The translations under genes and the position numbers were made by a program. This document shows positions 27,202-38,839 of a stretch of DNA of 64,000 nt, piece after piece; positions within the stretch are counted from its first letter, which is position 1, and the number at the start of each line of letters is the position of its first letter. This DNA is from Octopus bimaculoides. Taxonomy: Eukaryota. The notes below the pieces were generated by a model. That model worked only from the letters and a program-made list of their open reading frames with translations. It was not told the DNA's origin and ran no database searches. The stretch lies in the NCBI RefSeq assembly GCF_001194135.2, contig NC_069000.1, positions 7,207,559 through 7,271,558 on the forward strand, written 5' to 3'.

Positions 27202-29487
27202 CTGACTATGTTGTTCATCCATAGAGTCATCGCCACCAGGTGGCTGAATCCAGTTGTATTTCCGTAGTTCTAGGCGAAGACCCATTCGCTCAAATTCAGT
27301 GAATTGTCGGTGCAAACTACGAGAGCATCCTTTGCAGACGACAACACTCTCTCCGCTATCCATCACCAAGGCACCCTGAGGTACTTTGTGATCTTTGAGG
27401 AAAGGAAACTTGGGAACTTGCAAAGTACAGATCTTTTTCCGCTCAGCCGTTCTACTGCAAACGTAACAAGTGAAATTCTTGAGAACATATTTTCTTAACC
27501 ATCGGTTACTGGTCCCTGGAGTTTTACAGTTTTCGTAATCTTTCCACTGTTTTAGAAGCATGTGGTAGCAATATTGACAGGACATCACTGTTCCCTCATC
27601 ACTCATGGTTTCAGCACCTTGAGCAGGGTCACGATTGGCTAAGAATGGGAAAAATGGGTTGGTCTGTCCATTTGGAACTTTAGCATCGTGTCTGGCTGGA
27701 TAAGAACACAAGACATGCATGTTGGCAACAAGACCGCTTTCTCCACACAGAAAACAGACTTTTTTCGGCAAACTACTAACACATTGCAAAGGATGCGGTA
27801 TTGTTGCAGCTATAATAGTGTTGCTACTACTACTGTTATTGTTGTTGATATTAAGGCTGTTGTCAAGGGCAGCTAAATTTGGTTTCATGTCAACAGGAAC
27901 TCTTCTGGCATCAATTGTAGAAGAGGAGGAGGACGGAAACTGGTTACTGTATACCGATGAAACATTGGAACGGTTGCTAACCTCGCCATTATTGTGGGCA
28001 GTGGACGAAGAAGTTATTGAAGTGGCTATGGCAAGAAGTCCCTGAGAGCCTGTCGGCACTGTGGGAACAGGACTACCACTGGTGATTTGAATGTTTAGCG
28101 GCTGACTCACATCCCCTTCAGACGTGGGGAAATTGGAAGAATCACTGGACTGATATGTATAAGTAGCTCTGTTGAGGTTTATTGGAAGCGTGAATTGTCT
28201 CTGAGAGAGTTTGACACCCTGACTCTCGTACATATGCCACTGGGTAGCAAGGTGGTCAACACATACACGACAAGCTATAACTGTACCGTCGGGATTTAAA
28301 GGATGTGCTCCTTCTGGCCGGGGCAGGTCTCTAATGAATGGGAAATGCATCATATTTGACCTACTGTCTTTGGTCAGTGTATGCAGGAGGCGGGATGAAG
28401 AATGTGACATAAATTGACCACACAGATAACATATCTCTTTGTTGGTTGTGCTGCTAGTAGTGGTGGTGGTGTTGTTGTTGCTGCCTGACAAAGTTTTTTC
28501 ACTAACATGACTACTATTGCTACTACTACTACTACCACCTGCATTAATACTACTACTAATACAGATATTGTCTTTTGTATCGGGATATTTCTCCTTGTTG
28601 ATTCTATAAGTTCTGTTTTCGATGCTAATATTGGCCATCTCCTGGTCTTTCCATTGTTGATAAAGGGTCCGTCTACATATGTTGCAGACAGCGGCGATGC
28701 CTTTGTCGGAAAGAGGTGCTGCGCCCGCTCTGGTACTGAACCGGGTCAAGAAGGGGAAATACGGGTCACCCGAAGGTTGTCTGAAGGCGAAAATAAACCG
28801 ACGTGTTATCCACGGTTGGAGGGCGCCGCACGTGAAACAAACATATTTGGCTGATGATGAGGAGGAAGAGGAAGATGATCGACATTTATCAGTGACAGTG
28901 GTGGCGTTGCTACTATTGCTTTTGGCATGCGGGTCAAAATTGGTCACTTCGTCCGTATTGTTGGAACGATAGTCACGACTACTAGAAGAACTATGGCCAT
29001 TGTTTTTATGAACCGATAAATCAAGAGCAACATCAGCGGCGGCCCCTCGGGTGTCGAGGGCAGCGTAAGGGTCGGCTAAAGAAATCAAACGAGATTTAGT
29101 CACATTGGGACTGGACGAATTAAAACCAGAATCGACAGAACCTGGGTTGTATTGTAGGCCCATAACTTGGGCGATGTACTCACCTTGTAGTCGCATTTCC
29201 GCTCCAGTGAACTGGCCATTGTCCGAACGTTTTAGCCAGTATAATCTCTTGACGCTCGGTGTTTTATTACGTTCGTAGGTATCCCATTGCTGAGTGAGGA
29301 AGGCGTGGCACACTCTGCAGCTGTCCACTGTGCCATCAGCACCGAGCAGTCGAGCTCCTTTGGGAGGTTCGTGATCCTCCAAAAACGGGAAATAGGGTCC
29401 CTTGTCCAAGCGCGGTTTCGTATACAAAATACGACCCGAATCAGCTCCGAGGTTACCACACACAAAACAAACAGTTCTGCTACCCAT
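27202..29487 (-). CDS. GSE1: Large coding exon (762 codons) of a Gse1/Plexus-like nuclear protein with five CxxC-x(n)-FPF[LI]-x(n)-CxxC repeats; the protein continues in downstream exons not identified here
   Basis: 793-aa ORF 27106-29487. Five clear Cys-rich repeats start at aa 7, 217, 353, 578 and 674. A canonical donor CAG|GTAAGA follows codon 762 (phase 0), and the remaining 31 aa of the ORF are intronic. The family assignment is from recalled similarity (RLYWLKR..NG.FTGAEM..QGEY.AQ..GL motif) and was not verified by a search. Confidence 0.8.
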
Positions 29488-29506
29488 TGTGTATGTTATA
29501 TATGTG

Positions 29507-29547
<41 letters not shown>

Positions 29548-29587
29548 GTTTGTATGTGTGTATATTATATATACATATATTTATGTG

Positions 29588-29626
<39 letters not shown>

Positions 29627-29708
29627 AGAATAGAAGTGTTTTTGTAGAAGCTGAGCACAAAACAATATTTAAAGGGTGCCGAGTTGATGTCGGATGTAGA
29701 TACGTGGG
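29488..29708 (-). other. Probable 5' UTR portion of the large Gse1-like exon
   Basis: A long polypyrimidine tract and acceptor CACAG|CCC on the minus strand at 29709/29708. No comparable acceptor lies nearer the ATG. Confidence 0.45.
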
Positions 29709-29959
29709 CTGTGATTGAATTCAATATGAAAAATGGGAGAGAGAAAAGAAAAAAAAAAAGATGACAACAAAGAGAAAGAAGAGAGAAAGAAGAAGAGAGA
29801 AAAAAATGGATGAAGGAAGAAAGACAGCCACAAAGAAAAGCCGAACTTTGAAAAATTGTAATTCTTCAGCAGTATATGTCTTATATTATTGATATTTTCT
29901 TTCTGTTCACATTATGATTGATGGGGTGAACATTCGATGATAACAGGACTTTGTCCCAG

Positions 29960-30730
29960 TCCAGTAGAAGAGGCATTGCTCTGCCTTAAAACAACGACCA
30001 TTCACCATGAATCTCCTCCTCATGCAGTCCTCCTGGCTGACTCTTTTGTTGTCCGACTGCGCTAACTGGCTGGCCGACTGACTCCTCTTCGTCGTCGTCG
30101 TCTATCGGTGGTGGGGCGGCCGCTTTGCTAAGAAGCTTTTAGCTGAAGCTCTTTATATATAATATCATTCAAAGGCCGCCTAAACACATTCTGGCAGGAT
30201 TTGGTAGAAGAAATTCAAGGCTATAAGTCATCCTGTTGGGGTAAATTAACAAACAAGTACACACGCACATACATACATATATAAATATATGTGTGAGTGT
30301 GGAGGTAAAGGGACAGTGAGGCTGTTAAAGTTTGGTGGAGAAGTAAAAAAACGAAGTGTTGTCTCCTTACGTAGAGGTAACAACAACAACAACACGTCTA
30401 AATCTAGCCTTCGCCATGTTGGAACATCTGGACGCGCTGCCGCTTCCCATCATGCAGTGCGAGAGCGAGAGCGCGAGGCCGGGAAACGAGTATATTTATG
30501 CGTAGCTCACGAAAGCGAAACGATTGCAGGTCCGGGATCGAGGCGAATTCAATAGCAGCGTGAGTTGTCATCATGAAAAGGATGTGAAGACGACGGCGAT
30601 GGGGCAGCGTGGCCAGTAGAAGGACTTGGGCGGCAGTCGGGGAGGGAGAAGCTGGCTGCTCATCTTTATTTCTTCTTTCGTTAAGTAAACATCTGTTTAA
30701 GGGAGCGGCGCGCATTGCCAACAGCTGGTA
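29960..30730 (-). promoter_or_regulatory. CpG-rich island; candidate promoter or 5' UTR exon(s) of the Gse1-like gene
   Basis: Local GC and CpG density is far above background, immediately upstream of the coding exon, with no convincing ORF. Confidence 0.45.
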
Positions 30731-30749
30731 TTACCCGTTTTCATTCTCA

Positions 30750-30993
30750 TATATATATTTTTATACACACACACACACACACACACACACAAATATATAA
30801 ATATATATATATTTACACACACACAAACATATGTAGATGTATATACGTACACATACATATATGTGTATGTAGATGTGTATATGTGTGTGTGTGTGTGTGC
30901 ATATATATATATGTATGTATATGTACGTATGTATAAATGTGTATGTATATAGATATGTGTATGCATATATATATATATATGTACGTATATACA

Positions 30994-31032
<39 letters not shown>

Positions 31033-31158
31033 ATATATATACATATACATACATATATATGTATATATACAAATATTTATATATACATATTTAGATATAT
31101 ATATATAAATATGTATGTATATATTTATATATATGTGTGTGTGTGTATTAGTATATAT

Positions 31159-31198
<40 letters not shown>

Positions 31199-31200
31199 CT
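30750..31200. repeat. Compound (CA)/(TA)/(TG) simple-repeat tract; similar tracts at 1-160, 37990-39400, 40700-41800, 43620-43980, 44790-46020 and 48580-49830
   Basis: Directly visible; most N gaps sit inside such tracts. Confidence 0.95.
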
Positions 31201-31414
31201 TGTGTGTATATCATCATCATCATCATCGTTTAACGTCCGCTTTCCATGCTAGCATGGGTTGGACGATTTGACTGAGGACTGGTGCAACCAGATGGCTACA
31301 CCAGGCTCCAATCTAATTTGGCAGAGTTTCTACAGCTGGATGCCCTTCCTAACGCCAACCACTCAGAGAGTGTAGTGGGTGCTTTTACATGTCACCCGCA
31401 CGAGTTTGTATGTG

Positions 31415-31445
<31 letters not shown>

Positions 31446-31540
31446 ATATATATGTATATTTATATGTATATATATAAATATATATATGTATGTATATATA
31501 TTTATATGTATATATATAAATATATATATGTATATGTAGT

Positions 31541-32082
31541 GAGCGGTGTTCCGTAAGCCACTGTTTTGGGACCACTACTGTTCATAATGGCCCTCTCAGA
31601 CATCCCCTCAGCCACACAGAGAGCCACGATCACAAGTTATACAGATCATTCAAAAGTCTCACAGGTAATACAGAACCCTGAAGACACTATGCACCTGCAA
31701 TGTGAACTGGATGAAATATACAAGTGGGCTGAAAAGAATAGCATGCAGTTTAATGCTGAAAAGTTTCAAGCCTTGTGCTATCAGCATGCAAGACTAAATG
31801 CAGTACCCATTAAATACACTGGACCTGGAGGGATTGCAATGCCAGAGGCGCAGTCCATGTGAGACCTGGGCATTTACATGAGTAATGATCCATCCTTCCA
31901 TCTGCATGTTGCTAAATTGGCAATGAAATGCAGGTGGCTGACCGGATGGATTCTTAGAACTTTTAGAACAAGAGATCAGAAAACCATGATGGTCCTCTGG
32001 AGGACACTTGTCCTAAACCACTTTGACTATTGCTCTCAGCTATGGTCACCAACCAGTGTCAAATTAATCTCAGAACTTGCAT
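31541..32082 (+). mobile_element. CR1/L2-type LINE reverse transcriptase fragment
   Basis: [13 protein letters not shown]...SYTDHSKV (FADD-like), LQCELDEIYKWAEKNSMQFNAEKF, DLGI, GWILRTF, DYCSQLWSP, interrupted by stops. Confidence 0.85.
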
Positions 32083-32084
32083 TG

Positions 32085-32864
32085 TGTGCCACTTTCATTG
32101 TCGGGGTAAACCTGGGTTTTTCCTTGGATGATATGCATGTAATCCACCTTCCGAAAGTCTGTTCTTCAATGCAGTGATGTTCTCTTCCATTAATTAACAG
32201 GAAATCTTGCTTCAAGATGCTCTTCTATTGTTGAGAAAAGTTCTTTCTATTTTCCTATCAATCCTAGGGGTTGTTACTCATTTTCTACCACAGTTACCAA
32301 CCCTTTTTGCTATCAAATCCTTGTTCTTTTGCATTTTCTTATTAATTGCCCTAATTGTCTGAATTGAAACATTTAGTTTCTTTGCAACTTCTCTCTGTTT
32401 AAATGAGGTATCCCTCAAATACACTTCTATTTGTCGAATTTTATGGGGACTAAGATCTCTTTGTTTACCCCTCTCAGCCTGGATTTGAAATAACACTTAT
32501 TTACACTTCAAGTGTAATTTACTACATCAATTAGTAACTAATGCAACACAGAGTAACTAAAAAGTCATTAGAACACAAACAAGCACTCTACACTGACCAC
32601 TACTTGACTAAAACTGAAGGAAACGTGGGCTGCTGCAGCTGGGCCACATAAAGCGATTTAGTGTTGCCACACAACAGAAACTCATTATTTCCAGATGTCA
32701 CTAGAAACCCATATAAGCCATAACTAAAATCAAAGTCAAAGAATATACAGTTGTAATTGTGTGAAATTTAATATGATTCAAACTCATTTGTCTCAATTAA
32801 ATAACCAAACAAACAAAATATATAGTGTTTTTTTCAAAAATCCTTAATAATGTTTCCAGTACTG
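32085..32864 (-). mobile_element. Tc1-like transposon 5' half (TIR plus the N-terminal HTH of the transposase)
   Basis: Minus strand: TA-CAGTACTGG TIR at 32864. Translation GKQRDLSPHKIRQIEVYL..QREVAKKLNVS..GNCGRK*VTTPRIDRKI resembles the Tc1 paired HTH region. Confidence 0.75.
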
Positions 32865-33689
32865 TACACATGCACACACATATATGCAACAAAATATATA
32901 TAAACCATAATCTTTTTTATAAAATTGTTTAAGCATCTATTTTCCATGCCTGCATGGGTAAAAATTTATGAGAGTATATATATATGTGTGTGTATCAGTT
33001 AATTTAAATGGATTTTGACTGTCCATAGCACCACCTGGTGTAGTCTTCTATATCATGTTTTTAGGAAACCCTGCCCCACTGCAGTAGGAAATTGTTGACC
33101 AAAATGTATCAGGATGTGAATGGTTTGTCTGGTATTTCTTGGCAGAATTTGTCCAGGAAATATTTAAATCTTACAATATGCATTTTTGTTTTTTTCCCGA
33201 TAATGTTGAATAAAGCAGAGCCAATTCAGGTGAAAAAAAACAAACTTGTGTCACCATGTTGTTCTTTGATGTGAGCTTTCTTTTTGTAGGGGAACCATAT
33301 AATAGCACAAGGGCCTGATATTGTGTGATTTGTAAACGTGATACCAGCATCATAGGGGCAGGCATGGCTGTGTGATAAGAAGTTTGCTTCCCAACCACAT
33401 GGGCATGTGTCTTCTACTATAGCCTCGGGCTAACCAAAGTCTTGTGAGTGGATTTGATAGAAGAAAACTGAAAGAAGCCTGTTGTGTATATTATATATAT
33501 ATGTATATATGTTTGTGTCCATGTATGTCCCCCCACCAACACTTGACAACCAGTGTTGGTTTGTTTACATCTCCAAAACTTAGCAGTTCACCAAAAGAGA
33601 TCAATATAAGTGTTGAGCTTCAAAATAATTACTTTAAAACAGGATTGATTTGGTTGATTGAAATTCCTAGAGGTGGTTCTCCACCATAG

Positions 33690-34481
33690 CCACAGTCTAA
33701 TGACAGAAACAAATAAAACAATAAGTGTCAGGAAGGCGGCGCTGGGCACAGGTGCCATCACGATTTCGCTTTTGCTTGCCCCAACAGGTCTTCGCAAGCC
33801 GAGTTTCGTGTCCAATGAAAGAGACGATGTTGGCATGGGTGCCAGTCATCGAATTTAGTTCAATTTTGATTTCACTTGCCTCAACAGGTCTTCGCAAGCG
33901 GAGTTTAGTGTCCAATGAAGGAAGGTATGCATAAGTAGGCTGGCAGAGGCCTTGGATTTTTGTCTCATTTGGCTTGCTGAGTCGTCTCACGCACAGCATA
34001 TTTCCAAAGGTCTTGGTCAGAAGTCATCGCCTAGGTGAGGCCTAATGTTTGAAGGTCGTGCCTCACCACCTCATCCCAGGTCTTCCTGGGCCTACCTCTT
34101 CCACAGGTTCCCTCAACTGCTAGGGTGTGGCACTTTTTCACACAGCTATCCTCATCCATTCTCACCACATGACCATACCAGCACAATCGTCTCTCTTGCA
34201 CACCACAACTGATGCTTCTTAGGTACAATTTTTCTCTCAAACTACTTACACTCTCTCTAGTATGCACACTGACATTACACATCCATCGGAGCATACTGGC
34301 TTCATTCCTTGCGAGCTTACGCATGTCCTCAGCAGTCACGGCCCATGTTACACTGCCATGAAGCATGGCTGTTCGTACACATGTGTCATACAGTCTGCTG
34401 TTTACTCTGAGTGAGAGGCCCCTTGTCACCAGCAGAGGTAAGAGCTCTCTGAACTTTGCCCAGGCTATTCTTATTCTATAT
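33690..34481 (-). mobile_element. RTE-clade LINE 3' fragment with 3' UTR, truncated by an assembly gap
   Basis: RIRIAWAKFRELLPLL..LYDTCVRTAMLHGSVTWA..MLRWMCNV..RRLCWYGHVVRM..GRGRPRKTWDEVVRHDL. Confidence 0.9.
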
Positions 34482-34899
34482 NNNNNNNNNNNNNNNNNNN
34501 NNNNNNNNNNNNNNNNNNNNNNNNNNNNNNNNNNNNNNNNNNNNNNNNNNNNNNNNNNNNNNNNNNNNNNNNNNNNNNNNNNNNNNNNNNNNNNNNNNNN
34601 NNNNNNNNNNNNNNNNNNNNNNNNNNNNNNNNNNNNNNNNNNNNNNNNNNNNNNNNNNNNNNNNNNNNNNNNNNNNNNNNNNNNNNNNNNNNNNNNNNNN
34701 NNNNNNNNNNNNNNNNNNNNNNNNNNNNNNNNNNNNNNNNNNNNNNNNNNNNNNNNNNNNNNNNNNNNNNNNNNNNNNNNNNNNNNNNNNNNNNNNNNNN
34801 NNNNNNNNNNNNNNNNNNNNNNNNNNNNNNNNNNNNNNNNNNNNNNNNNNNNNNNNNNNNNNNNNNNNNNNNNNNNNNNNNNNNNNNNNNNNNNNATAT

Positions 34900-35265
34900 A
34901 TATTCTTCTGATGAGTATATTTATATTATTGCCTGACACTCAGTTGTATTTTTTGGGCAAAACCGATTGGTAAGACCAGCTGTGATAGATACTTAGTACT
35001 ATATAATTCAGATAATATATGTATATATGTACATATATATATAATAATAATATGAGGTGTTTTGGTATCCAGAAGACCCAAAAGGCATAGCCTTACACAA
35101 ACGCACACACATATATATACATTTTTATTGTTGTTGTTTCCATAACAGCTACCTTTGATGAGTGCAGGGTTTCAAAATCAGTCTGTAACCCAACACTTGA
35201 ATCCCCATCGCAAAACCAGCTGGTAAGATCGGTCGTAATGGATGTATAATACTGTACACTTGGAT
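34900..35265 (+). ncRNA. Two degenerate tandem copies of the hammerhead-like repeat (cores at 34908 and 35155)
   Basis: CTGATGAG...gcAAAACCGATTGGTAAGACCAGC and tTGATGAG...cgcAAAACCAGCTGGTAAGATCGG. Both are homologous to the copies at 12.7 kb and 47.2 kb, but the cores are mutated. Confidence 0.45.
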
Positions 35266-35914
35266 TTATACATCATCGTCGTTTAACGTCCGAATGTCTG
35301 ACTTAGTTTCATTTCCAAGTGAATCAGTGGAACAAGAAGTTTCTTGTAAGGGTGGATCAAGAGTGTATGACAGACTATTGTAGTGGTGGGACAGACTGGG
35401 TCAGACTTTGAACAAAGGGAGGTAAACAATAACGGACCCACAAGTACTTCGTTCATCGCTAAAAAATGTTTCTTCTCTTTTTTAGTTTCCAGGTCCTGTT
35501 GGACTGCGGCCATGCTAGTGCACTGCCTTCTACATTTAAACACTAATACTAATCTACATATTTGTGTGTGTGTGTGTGTATTTCATAAAAATGTTTATAT
35601 GATATATTTTCGATAAAGACAAAAGACTAAATATTAATAAACATTAAAGAAAATAATTTCAAGAATATCTTTTTTTATTTCGATTCATTTTAAAATCTTA
35701 TCTAAACTAGGATGGGAGGGGGACTTCAAAAAAAAAAATTCCGAAGAAATATTTTCTTTTTTATCTTCTTTTACACGTCCAAAAAACGACCTCATTTGCA
35801 TGGCAAGTGAAGTGGGGTTATTTTTTCATTTATTCAGTTGATTAAACCAATAACCATAGTTCATTTAGAAAGTATTCTTGCTTTCTATTTACGTTATTTG
35901 AGAAAGGCAAAAAT

Positions 35915-36203
35915 TAACGTTACTTTCGGGGAGGCTTTTTTCCTTTTTACTATTTTTTTTTCTTTGATTTTATCTTTTTAAGAGTATTCTGGAAGAAATA
36001 TTTTTTTTTTATTTTTTTATTTTTCAACTCAAGTTCTCCTTTGGGAGTTGGGAATTAAACGTTGTGCTTATATTGAACTGAGCCTTGCCAGTTAGAGAAA
36101 CTCTAATTGGGTCTCTCCTCTTCCACCACCACCACCACCGTCGCCGCCACCGGCATCTCAGTTAAACTGCCTGACTGGTTCAGCCGGTGATTTCTGTTGG
36201 GGT
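35915..36203 (-). other. Candidate non-coding 5' exon of the Gse1-like gene
   Basis: Strong minus-strand acceptor TCTCTTTCTCCTTCAG|ACCCC at 36204/36203 and a GC-rich body. The donor is uncertain (GAAA|GTAACG near 35917). Confidence 0.35.
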
Positions 36204-37249
36204 CTGAAGGAGAAAGAGAGAAAGAAAGAGAGAACAAATAAAGGACGAACTGAATGTGGTAGCAGGATGGTGATGTATGCATTGTCTATTCACATACGCA
36301 CACACACACACGCATTCATATATACATACATACGCATATGTGTGGATGATAATAAAACATATATGTAAATTTTATACATACATACTGAATATATATATAT
36401 ATATATATATAAATATAAATTATATGGGTATAACACACACACATATATTTATACGCACATTTCTACAATGCATTATACATGTATATAAATATATATGATG
36501 AAAGAAAGAAGTAGAGAAAGAGTGAGAGAGAGGAGGAAAGAGATGGAGAGACATTTGTTGGAAAGAAAGAGAGAGAGAAGCGAACGGAATGTACAAGAGA
36601 ATTCAACAGTGAATGGTAAGAGAAAACAGCAACGAAAGGACAAAATAATTTTGAAAATAAAGGAGAAAAATAGAGAGGAAAGAGATAAGAGAAGTAAATA
36701 GATAAATAGGTAGATAGATAGATAGATAGTGAGAGAGAGAGAGAATGATGCATAGTTTAAATAGGAATGGATAGATAGATAGCTAATTGAAAACTATAAG
36801 TTTTTTAAATAAAAAATGTGATACATACATACTACATGTAGGTAGATAGATAGATAGATAGATAGGTGTGGACAGAGTAATATACGTGAGAGAGAAAGAG
36901 AATAGAAAACAGATAGAAAGAAGAGAGCGATTATGAGAAAAAAGAAAGGAAAGAGAAACGAAGAAAGTGATGAGTGCGGGGGTGGGGTTAAAAAGAGAGA
37001 GAGAGTAATGAAAGAAATTGGAGAACGAAAGAAAAATAAAGACAAAAGGGAAGAAACAAGACAAAAAATTTACAGTGGAGGGAAAAGATAGAATATTATT
37101 GGAAGAGATAGATAGATAGATAGATAAGGGAGCGATAGGAGATTATAAAGTGAGAAAGATAGGAGAAAGACTATAAAGTGAGACAGAGAGAGATGAAAGA
37201 AAGTATTAATGAAAGAGAGAAAAGAGCGAAAGAAGAGATAAATGTAAGA

Positions 37250-37600
37250 ACTAAGACTTCTTGCGCCATCTTCGCCATCCCCGACGTCACTACTATCAGC
37301 AACATTATCACCATCACCTCCGCCGCCATTACAGTCACCACCGATAACACAACCACCACCTTCACCATTATCACTATCAAACTACCTCTGCCACTACCTC
37401 CACCACCACCATTAACATCAGTATCACCACGACCCCCTTCGACACCAACACAACCGTCAGCAGCAGTAAGAGCTTCACCACCATCACCACGAACCCCACC
37501 ACCAACACTAACAACATCATCATCACTACCATTGCTACCAACACCGCCGCCGCCACCAGCCTCGGCGCCTTCGTCGGTAACGTTAGAAAACTAAAACTCT
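37250..37600 (-). promoter_or_regulatory. GC/CpG-rich segment with a YY1-type motif (CGCCATCTT); candidate upstream first exon or promoter
   Basis: CpG-rich (CCA/CCG)-repeat-like stretch containing CGCCATCTT near 37264, embedded in AT/GA-rich sequence. Confidence 0.3.
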
Positions 37601-38769
37601 ATCAACAAACAAACAAAATCGCCATAAAAACAAAAGAAAAACAAACAAATAAGAATCTGTCGGGGGAAAAATAGTGTCGAGCCTCGACATTTGTAACTGG
37701 AGACTGTTGGAGTGGGAGGGAGAGCATAGGGAGGGCAAGGAGGAGTTAGTCAGAGTGAGAGAGGGATGAGAGATAACATTTAGAAAGAGAGGATGGGATA
37801 AGGAGAGAGAGAGAAAGCTGCAAATGAGAGGGTAATAGATAGCAAGAGAGGAAGGAAGTGAATGAGAGGAGAGAGAGGGGGGGAAATAATAAAATAAAGA
37901 AATAAAAAAGAAGCAAGAAAAAATTTGATAAACGAAAAAAATACCAAAAACTTGCAGAAAGTACAAAAAAGAAAAGAAAAACTGTTTACTATTATAATTT
38001 GTGTGGATACATGCACGCATACACATATATACATACATACACACATATATACACATTTACACACACATATACATACACACACACACATACATATATATAT
38101 GTATACATACATATATACACATATAGACATACACATATGTACACACATTTACACACACAAATATGTACAACATACATATATACATATAGAACATCCACAT
38201 ATATATATACATTTATATACACCCACATAAACACGTGTGTATATATATATGTATATATAGATGTATGTATGTAAGCGTGTATGCGTGAACACATACATAT
38301 ATGTGTCTACATGTTTATATACCTATATGTAAACATAAACTTAAGTTTACACACACAAACACACACAAACACATGTCTATGTAGATGTTTGTGAGTGTAT
38401 AAATGTATGTGCGTTTGAATGTGTGTGTATGTACGTAAATGTGTATGCGTGTGGTGTATGTATGTATGTATGTATGTGGCGTATGTGAGCAGGTATAGAG
38501 GAGAGGGATAGGAGTGTAGTTAACACCACCAGTAATTCTTCAATGTCTCTGATTCAAGAAATAAAAATCTTTAGAGAAACAATCGCATTTTTGTTAAAAT
38601 ATTTATTTTCACACACACATACATACATATACGCACACACAAGCACACATATACACACATTGCCAAATACACTCACCCACAAATGTATATACAAAAATAT
38701 ATACATATGTATTTATTTGTTGATATATGTGTGCGTGTATGTGTGTGTGTGTGTTAGGATAGATAGATA

Positions 38770-38839
<70 letters not shown>

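Noticed and set aside
33690-33950. HDV-like ribozyme resemblance (CCAACA/TGTTGG, GGT-CTTCGCAA-GCC) in the RTE 3' UTR repeats
   Set aside because: No convincing P1 or P1.1, the J4/2 motif is incomplete and not kept in the second unit, and such ribozymes are expected at RTE 5' ends.
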